Shown here: positions 39,502-50,392 of the stretch, in pieces | Layout: each line of letters begins with the position of its first letter | Numbering within the stretch: the first letter of the stretch is position 1 | From: an uncultured bacterium | GTDB taxonomy: Bacteria; RBG-13-61-14; CAYWKU01 | DNA: 64,000 nucleotides | Assembly (NCBI GenBank): GCA_964459325.1 | Contig: CAYWKU010000001.1 | Location: 158,040 to 222,039 of the forward strand | Direction: 5' to 3' | Program-made: the position numbers and the translations under genes | The notes under the pieces: generated by a model | Seen by the model: the letters and a program-made list of their open reading frames with translations, nothing else | What the model was told of the DNA's origin: nothing | Database searches by the model: none

Positions 39502-41532
39502 ATGCCTGTGTCAATTAAAGCTGGTCAGCAGAAGGGCAAGGAATCCAGGGATTTTGGCCCCGCAGGCCGTGTTTATAAGTTTGCACCGGCCATTGTGTTC
39601 GTTTTGGCCGTGGCGTTGAGGGTGTGGCACGTTTTTTCTATTTCCGGCGATGACCCGGCTTTTTCCTCCCCGATTATGGATTCCCTGTGGCACGTCCAAT
39701 GGGCTCGGGCGGTGGCTCTTGGGCTGTGGGAGCCGGAAGTCTTTTTCCGGGCGCCCCTTTACCCGTTTTTCCTTGCCGGGGCATTCAAAGTTTTCGGTTT
39801 CGGTTACCTGGTTCCTAGGCTCGTGCAGGCTGCAGTCGGCGGCGTGACCTGCGTTTTAATATGGCGGCTGGGCCGGGAGCTTGCGGGCCGTTCCGCAGGG
39901 TTGGCGGCGGGCGTTATAGCGGCGATTTATGCCCCTTTTATATGTTTTGATGCCGAGTTTTTAATCCCGGTCATATTCATTCCGTTGACGGTTGCCTCCC
40001 TGCTTTTGCTGATAAGCGTTACTCGTAAGTGGAGTGAAGGCCGCTCGCCGTGGCTTATGGCGGGTATTGCCGGTTTTGTGGCCGGTTTGGCGTCCATAGC
40101 GCGACCCAACCTTCTGGCTCTGGTTCCCGGGGCGCTTTTGTTTTTCATATGGATGCTTCCCGGGTGGAAGCGGCGTTTAAGCGTCTTTGCCGTCTGGCTC
40201 GCCCTGTTCATGGCGCCGGTGGGAGCGGTTACGGGGTACAACGCGGCCCTCGGGGGCGGTCTGGTGCCGGTAGCCAGCCAGGGCGGCATAAACTTCTGGA
40301 TAGGAAACAACCCCCGCGCCGACGGCAAGACCGCCATGGCGCCGGGTCACATGGGCGGTTCCGGGTCGGCTATGAGCATGTATGAGGACAGCATCCGTAA
40401 AAGCGCAGAAAGGGTGGCCGAAAGGAGGCTGGGAAGGCAACTGAACCCCGCTCAATTGTCGAATTACTGGTTCGGGCAGGGGCTTAAGTTCGTAAAGGAA
40501 AATCCCGTTAAATGGATGAAACTTACTGTTAAAAAAGCTTATTTCCTGATTAACGGCTACGAGTTGCCTTCCAACAGGGATATTTATTCGCTCCGGAAAT
40601 GGTCACCGGTTCTCGGGGTGCTTTTGTGGAAGAGGCCGCTGGGCTTTCCTTTCGGGTTGCTGTTGCCGCTTGCCGTGGCGGGGTTGTTGTACGCCTGGCG
40701 GAATCCGAGCGTCAGCGCGGCCGCTCACCGACTGATGATAATATATGTTGTGATTTACGGCGCCGGGGCGGTAGCCTTTTTTGTCACCGGGCGGCACCGT
40801 TTGCCTATTGTGCCCGCCCTGATACCTCACGCGGCGCTGGCGGTTTCGCTTATCCCGGCGGGTATTTCCACCACCCGGAAGATGCAGATGAAAAGGCCGC
40901 TGGCGGCTTCCGTTGCCATGATAGGCTTCGGTGTCATGCTTGCATTATGCAACGCCGACTACTTCAACGCCCGGGACGTGCCCATGCGCGAGCACCACAT
41001 GAACATGGGCTCGCTCTATACAAACCAGGGGAGGCATGAAGAAGCCCTGGAAGAATACAAGGCGGCGCTGGAGGAGGAGCCGAAGCTTGTGCGCGCCCAA
41101 TTCAACATCGGCGCCGTGAAGTTGCTGATGGGTGACATGGAGGCGGCAAAGCGGGATTTGAGAAAAGCTATCGAGATGAACCCACGATTCGTGGACGCAT
41201 GGGTGCATCTTGGTAACGTCTACTTCCGGCAGAATCGGTTGGAGCGTGCCGAGGCGTTATATCAGAAGGCCCTTTCAATCAACCCGGGGCATCCGCTCGG
41301 CCACTACAACCTCGCGCTTCTTTACAGGCGGATGGGCAAGAGGGAGAAGTATATTAATCACGTGGTGATGGCCAACCGGGCCGACCCCGAGTTCGTGCCC
41401 GCCAACCTGGCGCTGGCTAAGCTTTTGATAGAACGCGGGCGTTACGATGAAGCGAGGGGGCATATAAAAAGGGTGTTGCGTATCGACCCGCAACACCCCG
41501 GTGCTCAAAAACTTCAAGAAATGTTGCCTTAG
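39502..41532 (+). CDS. GT-C fold glycosyltransferase (ArnT/PMT family) with C-terminal TPR repeats
   Basis: Multi-TM N-terminal half with an ArnT-like loop, and a C-terminal TPR (AWVHLGNVYFRQNRLERAEALYQKAL). Confidence 0.7.
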   Translation: MPVSIKAGQQKGKESRDFGPAGRVYKFAPAIVFVLAVALRVWHVFSISGDDPAFSSPIMDSLWHVQWARAVALGLWEPEVFFRAPLYPFFLAGAFKVFGFGYLVPRLVQAAVGGVTCVLIWRLGRELAGRSAGLAAGVIAAIYAPFICFDAEFLIPVIFIPLTVASLLLLISVTRKWSEGRSPWLMAGIAGFVAGLASIARPNLLALVPGALLFFIWMLPGWKRRLSVFAVWLALFMAPVGAVTGYNAALGGGLVPVASQGGINFWIGNNPRADGKTAMAPGHMGGSGSAMSMYEDSIRKSAERVAERRLGRQLNPAQLSNYWFGQGLKFVKENPVKWMKLTVKKAYFLINGYELPSNRDIYSLRKWSPVLGVLLWKRPLGFPFGLLLPLAVAGLLYAWRNPSVSAAAHRLMIIYVVIYGAGAVAFFVTGRHRLPIVPALIPHAALAVSLIPAGISTTRKMQMKRPLAASVAMIGFGVMLALCNADYFNARDVPMREHHMNMGSLYTNQGRHEEALEEYKAALEEEPKLVRAQFNIGAVKLLMGDMEAAKRDLRKAIEMNPRFVDAWVHLGNVYFRQNRLERAEALYQKALSINPGHPLGHYNLALLYRRMGKREKYINHVVMANRADPEFVPANLALAKLLIERGRYDEARGHIKRVLRIDPQHPGAQKLQEMLP

Positions 41533-41544
41533 TAGTAGCCGGGC

Positions 41545-42204
41545 TTACATGAGTATAAGCTTATAAGGGGTAATCTGGACTCCCCCGATGTTTACCGGCT
41601 CCGCCTGCGCGAACTGGAGACTCTCCATGCTTTTGACGGCTTCGTGCGCCTCCGGGGTCAGCCTCACCTCCAGCTCTCCCTCCACGGCCTCTCCCAGCCG
41701 CGAGGCCATGATGGCCTGTTCGCCGAAAACCTGGCTCTCGGTGACTATCATTCTGCCGGTTCCGATGCCGAGGCATACGGCCAGCTTTGTTCCGTCGGAC
41801 TGCTTGCTGTTATGCTCCTCGAAAGCCCGGCTCAAGGCCCTTGCGGCCATCACTGCGTCCATGGTTTTGTCGAATGTGACCACCAGGCTGTCCAGTTCGG
41901 CCCGGAGCACATTTCCGCTCAGGGTGCTCAGGATTGGTTTCGATATTTCGTGAGCTTTTTCCACCATGCTCAGGGCAATGACCGTGCCTTTTTCGCGGGT
42001 CAGTTCCAGGAAGCTGGAAAAATCGCTCACCATGACCGTGCAATCCCTGCCGAACTCGGAGTCTATCCGGCTCGCGGCGCTTTGCGGGTCGGTCTGGCTG
42101 GAAGCGATTTGGTTTAACAGTTCCTTCAGCCGACTGCTCATGATTACATTACCTCCCTTTTTTGCGCCAATACCATGAAAAATATCGTCAAAAACCGATG
42201 GCAT
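41545..42204 (-). CDS. class III nucleotidyl cyclase homology domain protein
   Basis: TVMVSDFSSF...LAVCLGIGTGRMIV resembles the CHD; start may be the internal MSSRLKE. Confidence 0.45.
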   Translation of the reverse strand: MPSVFDDIFHGIGAKKGGNVIMSSRLKELLNQIASSQTDPQSAASRIDSEFGRDCTVMVSDFSSFLELTREKGTVIALSMVEKAHEISKPILSTLSGNVLRAELDSLVVTFDKTMDAVMAARALSRAFEEHNSKQSDGTKLAVCLGIGTGRMIVTESQVFGEQAIMASRLGEAVEGELEVRLTPEAHEAVKSMESLQFAQAEPVNIGGVQITPYKLILM

Positions 42205-42458
42205 AGTACCACAAGGCGGGCGCCCGAGTCAAACGAGCTTGATGCCAAACGGCAGGTGCGGCACTCTTGCCGCGCGTTCCACGGTGTCCCCTGGTTCGTA
42301 CGACAAGAGTGTCGGGCCTACCATGCCTACCTGGCGTCGTGAGCTTGTCCCGGGGTAAGTCGGCTGGTATCATAAATTGAAATGCAGTTTGCCCGGATAA
42401 GATATGCAAGAACGGGAAAAGGGTTTTGTCTGTTTTTACAGGTGAATTCGCTCTTAAG

Positions 42459-42496
42459 CCGCCGGTTGGCTCCTTCTCCCGGCGGTATTTTTTTTG
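42459..42496 (+). terminator. intrinsic-terminator-like hairpin plus U-tract located 22 nt upstream of the 42519 start codon (candidate attenuator or riboswitch expression platform)
   Basis: CCGCCGG-(13-nt loop)-CCGGCGG followed by TATTTTTTTT. Confidence 0.5.
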
Positions 42497-42518
42497 AGCC
42501 GGTGGGGAGCGCGAAAAA

Positions 42519-43262
42519 ATGAACCCCGTCTATCACCTTCAATGGGGATGGGCCGCCGGACATATCGGCAAGCATGACCGCCGCGAGCGCCGCCTGCTGA
42601 TGCTGGCCGCCGTAAGCGCCGACCTGGACGGAATTTTCATCTGGAGCCGCGAGCTTTTTGAGCGGGTGCACCACACCTTCGGCCATAACATTTTCTACGG
42701 CGTAATAATCGGGGTGATTATGGCCGCTTTCGCAAAAAGCGGGCGAAGGGTCAAAATTTTTCTCTTGAGCTACCTGATGGCGCTGCTGGGGCCTGTAACC
42801 GACCTTATAACCGCCCCCGAGTGGCCCATACCGCTTTTCTGGCCGTTCTCGAAAAAGGCTTATTACTTGACGGAAATGCTCAATATCAGCGCCCAGTCGG
42901 TTCCGGCGTGGAACTTTGCCTTGGAGAAGGTGGTGCAGATAGCGCTTATGGTCTTTCTACTGGGGTGCACCGTTTACATATACATTAAATTCCGCAGAAC
43001 CTTCCTGGAGCTTATCAGCGCAAAGCTGGACTGGTTTTTAACGGACTTTGCAATACTGCCGTTCAAGTTCCGGTGCGATGTGGCCGATTGCGACAATCGG
43101 GCCCATTACAGATGTTGGGACACCGATTCGGTGCGGTGCATCGAGCATTGCGTCATAAACCGGGATTTGACCATAACCTGCGGCGGGGAGGGCGCACCTA
43201 CCGCTTCACAAGACCCCTCAGGCTCTTCCGATACGGAGCGCGGGCCACCCCGTTCTCCGTGA
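42519..43262 (+). CDS. membrane-bound metal-dependent hydrolase (DUF457/YdjM-like) with a Cys-rich C-terminus
   Basis: HxxFGH motif [12 protein letters not shown] and several TM helices. The 3' end overlaps mtnA on the opposite strand, so the true end is uncertain. Confidence 0.5.
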   Translation: MNPVYHLQWGWAAGHIGKHDRRERRLLMLAAVSADLDGIFIWSRELFERVHHTFGHNIFYGVIIGVIMAAFAKSGRRVKIFLLSYLMALLGPVTDLITAPEWPIPLFWPFSKKAYYLTEMLNISAQSVPAWNFALEKVVQIALMVFLLGCTVYIYIKFRRTFLELISAKLDWFLTDFAILPFKFRCDVADCDNRAHYRCWDTDSVRCIEHCVINRDLTITCGGEGAPTASQDPSGSSDTERGPPRSP

Positions 43263-44238
43263 CGATGGCGGTGACGTATTTGGCGGGAGTAACGTCGAAG
43301 GCCGGGTTCTCCACTTTCACACCGTCCGGCGCTATAACTTTCCCGAAAACCTGGGTTACTTCCTTCGGGTCGCGCTCTTCGATGGGGCATTCGGCTTCAG
43401 ACGGGCATTCCAGGTCTATGGTGCTGGTGGGGGCCGCCACGTAGAAGGGGATGTTGTGCACTTTCGCCAGCACGGCCACTCCGTAAGTGCCGATTTTGTT
43501 GGCCACGTCGCCGTTGGCCATGGTGCGGTCGGTTCCCACCACCACCGCGTCTATAACGCCCTTTTTCATGAAATGAGCCGCCATGTTGTCGGTTATGAGG
43601 GTCACGTCGATGCCGTCTTTCATCAGCTCCCACGTGGTCAACCGTGCTCCCTGCAGAAACGGGCGGGTTTCGTCGGCGAAAACCCTGACGTCCTTGCCGG
43701 CTTCCTTTGCGGCGCGTATCACGCCGAGAGCAGTGCCGTAATCGGCGGTGGCCAGCGCTCCGGCGTTGCAATGGGTGAGCACGGTACATTTTTTCGGCAA
43801 AAGCTTCGCCCCGTGCCGCCCCATGCTCTCGCAGACCTCGACATCTTCGCGGTGGATTTTGCGGGCCTCCTTTTCCATTGCCTCGGCTATTTGTTTCGGC
43901 GTGCGGTCTCCATTTTCGTCCGCGATTTTCATCATCCGCTCCAGCGCCCAGAAGAGATTGACGGCGGTGGGGCGGGTTCCGGCGAGGTGTTTGCGGGCCT
44001 TTTCGAGATTTTTGCGGAATTTTTTCCCGTCCAGACCGGCACAGTTCCTGGCCGTTTGAGCCATGCCGTATGCCGCCGCCACGCCGATGGCCGGAGCGCC
44101 GCGTATTACCATGGTCTTGATGGCGCGGCCCACTTCCCTGTAATTCTTATAGTGGTTGTACACTTCCCGGGCGGGCAGCTTGCGCTGGTCTATCATAATC
44201 ACTTCACCGTTTTTGTAATCGATGGTTCTGAAACTCAA
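43198..44238 (-). CDS. mtnA: S-methyl-5-thioribose-1-phosphate isomerase
   Basis: eIF-2B/MtnA family: [15 protein letters not shown] and CNAGALAT. Confidence 0.85.
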   Translation of the reverse strand: MSFRTIDYKNGEVIMIDQRKLPAREVYNHYKNYREVGRAIKTMVIRGAPAIGVAAAYGMAQTARNCAGLDGKKFRKNLEKARKHLAGTRPTAVNLFWALERMMKIADENGDRTPKQIAEAMEKEARKIHREDVEVCESMGRHGAKLLPKKCTVLTHCNAGALATADYGTALGVIRAAKEAGKDVRVFADETRPFLQGARLTTWELMKDGIDVTLITDNMAAHFMKKGVIDAVVVGTDRTMANGDVANKIGTYGVAVLAKVHNIPFYVAAPTSTIDLECPSEAECPIEERDPKEVTQVFGKVIAPDGVKVENPAFDVTPAKYVTAIVTENGVARAPYRKSLRGLVKR

Positions 44239-44354
44239 TTGTCCCCTCCCTCAGTGGATTTAACTTGAATAAATTAACCCGGATTCGGCATTTTGCAATA
44301 AAAAACCCGCGGGCAGCGCCCACGGGTCAAGCGAGCCTTTTGGGTTAAATGAAA

Positions 44355-44876
44355 CTATTCTACCTCAACAGTAGGACCGGTGCCAAGGATGTAAGTTTCT
44401 TTATACTGTGCGCTACCTTCACCGGAAGTCATCATTTGTAGTTTTCCGCTTCGGTTGGAAAAACCGTAGATTGTGAACTTAAGGCTGCCTTTTTCTGATA
44501 TGGTCATAACGAACGGCGCATCAGTACGGTAAATATCTAGGCCGCCCTCCTCAATCATGACCATAAGTATCATTTCAGCCTTATTTTTATCTATGGTGAG
44601 GAAGCCTCCGTTTTCAAGTACCTTTTTTCCCACAGCAGTTGCAACCAGCCCGCCCTCGGATTCCCTGAGACCTGCACCCACTTCCACGTAAATCGTTTTG
44701 TCTTTTACGTCTGAGAAGTTAGCTCCTTCCAGAGCCCGGTTAACGCTCATGGCAAAGACCATGGAGCCGGTGGCGCTTACAGCCGCGCTTCTTGGTGGCA
44801 CGAAGTATCGCTGTGTGCATGCAGTTGCAAGCAACATGGTAAAGAACATTGCTACAATTAAGGCTTTTTTGGACAT
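44355..44876 (-). CDS. lipoprotein, uncharacterised
   Basis: Signal peptide plus lipobox LLATAC. Confidence 0.5.
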   Translation of the reverse strand: MSKKALIVAMFFTMLLATACTQRYFVPPRSAAVSATGSMVFAMSVNRALEGANFSDVKDKTIYVEVGAGLRESEGGLVATAVGKKVLENGGFLTIDKNKAEMILMVMIEEGGLDIYRTDAPFVMTISEKGSLKFTIYGFSNRSGKLQMMTSGEGSAQYKETYILGTGPTVEVE

Positions 44877-44926
44877 TTCCCCTCCTTTTCATCCAAAGTT
44901 AATTTCGGAAAAGGCCGCTTAACAAA

Positions 44927-45916
44927 CTAAGGAAAAGACTTAAAAATTTTAATAGCCAGATTGTTGACGCAGGAGCGTAACTTCCTGCTATCGTTTACCT
45001 GATCGTTAGTTGTCAGAACTACTTTACCGGAAGATATGTCAATTACCCTTATGTCCATCTCCACAATATTGGACAGCTTGCTTACGCTTCCTGTAACGAT
45101 AAGTTCGGCGTTTAACAACCTGCCCATCTCGATGGCCTTCTTTTCCGAAAACATGCCGTGCTGGCTTAAGGCAAGTTCCTTTATGATTTTATCCAGATGC
45201 TGCCTTTCCACCAGGTCGAAACGTTGAGTGTGAGCCAGAGCGGTGGTTAAGAAAGCAGCGGCAGCTTCGCCGAAGCCTTCTTTGCGTGCCTGGCTGGTTG
45301 CGTCCTGGAAAGGAATTACCGCTGCTGTTATTTTTGGATTTTCTCCGGAATATTGGGGCAGTTGAGTAACCTCGTACGCTTCGGCGCATATGCTTTGCAG
45401 CTTGCTTGATAAAGTTTCAACGCACTTGGTCTGGCTTGTTTTTATTAATCTTTTCTTGGAGCCGGAACTGGCATGGGTAAGGCTGGCCAGTCCGTCTACC
45501 CGTCCTGAAAGCAAGGTGGCGCCGGTTTTTACATTGATCAGGGTTACATTCGCAGTGGTTTTAGTGTACATGGTAACAGGTCCGAAACCACCCTTTGTCT
45601 TACTCATGGACGGCGATACTTGCACGTGCATTTTATAATCCGCATTGGGGTCGCTTTGACGGATTTCTTTAAATATCTGGAAGGCTATCAAGCGTGTCTT
45701 CAGTATTTTCTCAAAGGAGGCCTTTTCGTCGGAATCGCTTCCCGTGACTTCCAATTGTAAAATTTTGTTGGGGAAAATAGTGCCGGAAGTTTTAAGAGAA
45801 GTCTTGTCTGTTCGGACTTCCTCCAAAGAAGCGGCGAATCCGGGCTGGGCGGAAAAGAAAATGACCAGAAAGAGCAGAATTCCACATGAGAAATTGTATT
45901 GCTTTTTATCGACCAT
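44927..45916 (-). CDS. CsgG-like (curli production/assembly family) periplasmic lipoprotein-like protein with a Ser/Thr-rich N-terminal region
   Basis: The C-terminal half IPFQDAT...RFDLVERQHLDKIIKELALSQHG...LLNAELIVTGSVSKL matches the CsgG family. Confidence 0.55.
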   Translation of the reverse strand: MVDKKQYNFSCGILLFLVIFFSAQPGFAASLEEVRTDKTSLKTSGTIFPNKILQLEVTGSDSDEKASFEKILKTRLIAFQIFKEIRQSDPNADYKMHVQVSPSMSKTKGGFGPVTMYTKTTANVTLINVKTGATLLSGRVDGLASLTHASSGSKKRLIKTSQTKCVETLSSKLQSICAEAYEVTQLPQYSGENPKITAAVIPFQDATSQARKEGFGEAAAAFLTTALAHTQRFDLVERQHLDKIIKELALSQHGMFSEKKAIEMGRLLNAELIVTGSVSKLSNIVEMDIRVIDISSGKVVLTTNDQVNDSRKLRSCVNNLAIKIFKSFP

Positions 45917-45970
45917 TTTAAACTTCCTATCTCATTTAATTTGAAAGATCAAAGTAAGTTTGTAGTTGGA

Positions 45971-46567
45971 TTACCAACAAACTCCGGTTTTTATGAGAAA
46001 CATCGGTGAATTGAATTTCACTTCATCCTCATAGTCGCCACCATCAAATTTGGCCCAATGATAGCTTATTTCCGGCCCTATATAAAAATGCTCAACTGGG
46101 TAAATATTCGCTCCTATAGCTCCGCGAATTCCTAATGCAAATGAATCGTTTGGTTCATACTTAAGGTAATAGCTCCCCACGCCCAACTCTCCGTAAGGGT
46201 TAAATTTATTTAAAACTTTCAGGGTATATCGACCGGAAACCACGAGGTAACCTTGTGTCCAGTCGTCAGTTTTGCGGTGGTCCTCTGAAAATGAACCGCG
46301 CGATGCTCCCAGTTGCGCTCCTATACCTGCTTTTACAGGGCCAAAATCAGAATTGTATCCTAGATGCAATATCTCCCAAACAAAGCCCGGGTCAGAGTCG
46401 CCCGGGTCAGAGTCATATTCTTTGCTGTCGAATTTCATGTCCGGCACTTGAATACCAAGGCCAGTACCCATATAGAATTCTCCAGATGCCCTCACATTGT
46501 TGGTTACCAGGAGTACTGAAACGAATACCAAAACAACGGCCGATAACCGTGCTTTTATCATAATCAC
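45971..46567 (-). CDS. outer-membrane beta-barrel protein (OmpA-like small barrel)
   Basis: Signal peptide, alternating hydrophobic strands and a C-terminal aromatic residue. Confidence 0.6.
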   Translation of the reverse strand: MIMIKARLSAVVLVFVSVLLVTNNVRASGEFYMGTGLGIQVPDMKFDSKEYDSDPGDSDPGFVWEILHLGYNSDFGPVKAGIGAQLGASRGSFSEDHRKTDDWTQGYLVVSGRYTLKVLNKFNPYGELGVGSYYLKYEPNDSFALGIRGAIGANIYPVEHFYIGPEISYHWAKFDGGDYEDEVKFNSPMFLIKTGVCW

Positions 46568-46698
46568 TTACCCCTTTCACGTATTAGATTCCTTTATTAA
46601 CACATAAAGTGCTTGATTGTCAATACGTATGGATTTGTTATATTATGCTGACGATATGAGTAATAAAAAATCGACCTGTTTTTCAGGAGGGAAAAGCC

Positions 46699-47235
46699 AT
46701 GGAAATATCGGTCGGCTACTCGAAGATATTCCTGAAGAAGGGCGATATCACCAAAGAGAAGGTCGGTGCGGTGGTGAACGCCGCCAACAAGTCTCTCCTC
46801 GGCGGGGGAGGGGTGGACGGCGCCATCCACAGCGCCGGTGGCTCAGCGATACTTGATGAGTGTCGAAAATTAAACGGCTGCGAAACCGGGGACGCCAAAA
46901 TAACCACCGGCGGCAAATTGCCGGCTAAGCATGTCATACACACCGTAGGCCCGGTGTGGGGCGGAGGTAAAACCGGCGAGGAGGACAAGCTGGCGAGCGC
47001 TTACCGCCGCAGCATGGAGGTGGCAAGCGAAAACGGAGTAAAAACGGTGGCTTTTCCTTCCATTAGCACCGGCGCTTACAGGTTTCCCATCGACAGGGCG
47101 GCAAGGATAGCCCTGAAAACTGTCGCGGATTATCTCGAAAAACATTCCGACATCGGGTCGGTGACTTTCGTCCTCTTTTCCGAGCGGGACTTGGAAGTGT
47201 ACACCCAGGCGGCCAAAGAAGAACTGGGGGCTTGA
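46699..47235 (+). CDS. macro domain protein (O-acetyl-ADP-ribose deacetylase-like)
   Basis: VNAANKSLLGGGGVDGAIH signature. Confidence 0.85.
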   Translation: MEISVGYSKIFLKKGDITKEKVGAVVNAANKSLLGGGGVDGAIHSAGGSAILDECRKLNGCETGDAKITTGGKLPAKHVIHTVGPVWGGGKTGEEDKLASAYRRSMEVASENGVKTVAFPSISTGAYRFPIDRAARIALKTVADYLEKHSDIGSVTFVLFSERDLEVYTQAAKEELGA

Positions 47236-47272
47236 CGCGCCCTTGGTCTCGCGGGGCGCACGCCGTGTACCC

Positions 47273-50167
47273 CTACAAGATTTCGAGTCGCAGTGTGACT
47301 ATTTTCGCCGGAGGCAGCTCCAGAGCGGCTTCGCGGGGGCCGGAGCGCTTCAGGTGATTATCCGGAACCGGGTTGCCCATCAAGTCGGCTTCCGAGAACT
47401 CCCCGAAGCAATCGGCTATCGAAATTCGCGACGTTTGATGCTCGTCGGTTGTGTTGTAAATCCGGACACATAGCGCCTTCGAGCCGTCGGGAGCCGGTTG
47501 CAGGGCCCCTATCTCGACCGCCGGGTTATCCGACGTTACGGGCGATATGCTTAAAGGCGAATCACCGCCACCTGCTATCTTGAAGGTGCGGGGCGGATGT
47601 CTGTATGCGTGAGCTTTGACCGGCAGGTCGGCTTGTTGCCACGTTCCGTTGTAGGTAGTAAAGGCAAACTCGCATACCTGCGGTCCCGGGCATTGAGCCC
47701 CGGGGGTTTCGAGCGGAGGCCCGGCGTGGCCGGTTCTCAGAGTGAGGTCGTCCCGCGATAGCATTCCGGTGCATCTGGCCAAAGTCAGCGCCAGGGCCGT
47801 GCCGCTTTCCCCCGGCACGGCCTCTATTTCCGGCAATCCCCTGTTGAACAGAGCTATCCCGTAATCTTCCGATTCCAGAGCGGCGAACCCCTTGTGAGGG
47901 CCGTAACCGACCTCGGCCTCCGGTCCCACCAGCAGGGATATTATGTCGTTGGGGTCGGGCTTGCGAGGCTCGGGGGTTACGTTGGCTTTCCGCCGGACAA
48001 CCTCGAACGACGACTCGCAAATCAGCTCCTCGGCGGTAAACGGCGCCTCGAAAAGCACGCGGAGCCGATGGTCTTCGGCGGTGTTGTCGAAGCTTGTGCG
48101 GAATTCGACCCACGGAACATGCGCGTACAGAACTATATCGGTGGTCAGGTTCAGATTTACGGTTTTGCGCGAGCGGGAGGCTTTTTTGCGGTCATATTTT
48201 GCGGGTATCCGGTACGCGGATTTTATCCGCATGCACGCCGCGACCGGGCCGCTGTAAAGTGTTCGGCAGCTCGATTTCTGCGGTTTGGTGACGGGAATAT
48301 CGCCGCTTACCGGCTCGAAGTTGTATTCGTCGCCCCGGTCGCCTTCGTCAAAGAACTTGAGGGCCTTGTCCCAAGCGCGTCCGGTTATCGAATCCGTTAT
48401 TTCAACCGAGCCGTCATCTTTTGCGATAACCTTGTAAAATTCGTTACTTATGAAGTTTTCCCCGGCCCCGATTGAATTGTCGGGTTCGGTTTTGTTCTTT
48501 ACTATGCGGAAAGCCTCCATCGAGAAGGGCGCTTGCTCCTCTATCACCGCCGCAGCAATCGTTTTCGGCTCCTTCACGACCTGCACGTTGACCCAGCTGG
48601 CGTCGCTTTTTGCTATGGATTTCTTGAGTTTTTCCTTGGTGTGTTCAATGTCCAAGCCGGCGGGGTAATCTCCTATCCCCACCGTAAGCCTCATTCCGTG
48701 GCCGTGCTTTTTCGTTTCCGCCCGGACGACGTAACCGCCGAGCATTTCTTCCTCCATCAGCACCATGCCCAGGGCCAGGTCGGCGGCGATTGCGGGCACG
48801 TCAACGCTCGCCATCACCCGTCCGGGGTCGGATTTTTCGATAATCTCGAGCGGGTATGTTTTTCCGTCCGGCGTCGTGAGGGCGGCATTTTTCGGAAGTC
48901 GGCTTTCGATTTCGAAGGTCAGCGGGGTCGGAGACGAATCTCCCGCGGGCTTCCAGACGCCCAGCCATTGGCCCCTGCCCGTTTTAAACTTTTTTCCGAT
49001 GTGTTCTGAGGCTTCATTGAATACGCGCTTTGCCACCGTTTCGGCCTTGTTGTAGCGGGTTTCCATCTCGGCGTGCACTTCGTCGACGCTGCAACCGCAT
49101 ATGGAGTCGTGGGGATGGTTTTGCAGCAGCAGCTTCCAGGCGTAATCAAGGAAATCGCGCCAATCGGCCCCGCCGAGCGCCCATGCCCACGCCGCCAGCG
49201 GCTCGGCGAACCTTTCCAGTAATCCGGTGACTGTGAAGTCGCGCTTTTTGAGATACATCCGGGCGGAAGCGACGCCCGGCAGCACCGGCGCGTAGTGAGC
49301 ATCTCTCAGCTCCCCTTCAGCCGTCGGCAGCGCGGAGCTTTCCGCCTTCAACCTCTCGAAGTACTCGCCCAACGTGGACAGGCGGGCTTCCCATCCCTCC
49401 AGCCCCTCGACGGCCTTTTGCAGCCTTTTGTGCAAGCCGGCCTGCGGCTGCTGGTGGTCGGCGCCTGCCATAAGCAGCCACATGGGGCCTTCGGCGAACC
49501 TTGACATAGTGGCGGCGCCGGTGAACACGAGCCGAGCCCGCACCGCTTCCGGCTCGGGGGGAAGGTTGAAACCGCTCGAGTAGCCCAGCGGCAGTAGCCC
49601 GGCGAAGACTTCCGACGAGTCCGGTCCGCGCCATGCAAAGCCGCATTTGTCGATGTGGACCGGGACGCCGCGCCACAGGAGGGCTTCGTTGATGCCCAGC
49701 CCTTTAAGTATTTGCGGCAGTTGCCCTATGTGGCCGAACATGTCCGGCAGGTAAGCCACCGGGGAAGGTTCGCCCCATCGGCTGGCGATTTTCAGGCCGC
49801 GCTGAAAGTTGCGTACAATGGCTTCTCCGCTCGGAAGAAACTCGTCGGGCAGAACGTACCAGGGGCCGACCTGGATTCGGCCCGAGCTTACCAGTTGCCG
49901 CAAACTTTCCGACGGGCCGCGTATTTCCTCGTAATCCTCGATGGCGATTGTCTGGCCGTCCAGGTGGAAGGTGTCGAGGGGGTCGGATTCGAGGTTGCGG
50001 AGTAGAGTGTCCACCAGCTTCACCAGCCTCATCCGAAAGGCTTCGAAGGGCAAATACCATTCCCTGTCCCAGTGGCTGTGGGGAACGACCATCACGATAT
50101 TGGATACATTTTCGTCCATCTCGACGCCTCCGGGGCATATTTTAGAATCCGGGAGGGGGTTTGTCAT
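47273..50167 (-). CDS. glycoside hydrolase family 38 (alpha-mannosidase / mannosylglycerate hydrolase-like)
   Basis: VVPHSHWDREW N-terminal GH38 motif; 964 aa. Confidence 0.8.
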   Translation of the reverse strand: MTNPLPDSKICPGGVEMDENVSNIVMVVPHSHWDREWYLPFEAFRMRLVKLVDTLLRNLESDPLDTFHLDGQTIAIEDYEEIRGPSESLRQLVSSGRIQVGPWYVLPDEFLPSGEAIVRNFQRGLKIASRWGEPSPVAYLPDMFGHIGQLPQILKGLGINEALLWRGVPVHIDKCGFAWRGPDSSEVFAGLLPLGYSSGFNLPPEPEAVRARLVFTGAATMSRFAEGPMWLLMAGADHQQPQAGLHKRLQKAVEGLEGWEARLSTLGEYFERLKAESSALPTAEGELRDAHYAPVLPGVASARMYLKKRDFTVTGLLERFAEPLAAWAWALGGADWRDFLDYAWKLLLQNHPHDSICGCSVDEVHAEMETRYNKAETVAKRVFNEASEHIGKKFKTGRGQWLGVWKPAGDSSPTPLTFEIESRLPKNAALTTPDGKTYPLEIIEKSDPGRVMASVDVPAIAADLALGMVLMEEEMLGGYVVRAETKKHGHGMRLTVGIGDYPAGLDIEHTKEKLKKSIAKSDASWVNVQVVKEPKTIAAAVIEEQAPFSMEAFRIVKNKTEPDNSIGAGENFISNEFYKVIAKDDGSVEITDSITGRAWDKALKFFDEGDRGDEYNFEPVSGDIPVTKPQKSSCRTLYSGPVAACMRIKSAYRIPAKYDRKKASRSRKTVNLNLTTDIVLYAHVPWVEFRTSFDNTAEDHRLRVLFEAPFTAEELICESSFEVVRRKANVTPEPRKPDPNDIISLLVGPEAEVGYGPHKGFAALESEDYGIALFNRGLPEIEAVPGESGTALALTLARCTGMLSRDDLTLRTGHAGPPLETPGAQCPGPQVCEFAFTTYNGTWQQADLPVKAHAYRHPPRTFKIAGGGDSPLSISPVTSDNPAVEIGALQPAPDGSKALCVRIYNTTDEHQTSRISIADCFGEFSEADLMGNPVPDNHLKRSGPREAALELPPAKIVTLRLEIL

Positions 50168-50392
50168 TTTAAGGGATGATAAGTTTATATGCGTGCTTTT
50201 TTGAGGTATGGCCTTTATGAGCTAAATGACCGGAAATAGCGCCTGTGTCTGTCGGGTGAATGAAACTGCCCGAGCCGGGTGAAATTCCGGGGTTAAGTTT
50301 CTCGTTGTCTGCCGCCGGGAGGAGTTACGCGACCCGGACGGGACCGCCGCCGAGACTAGCTTGCAGCGCCCGGGGCGTTGTCGATGAGAAAT

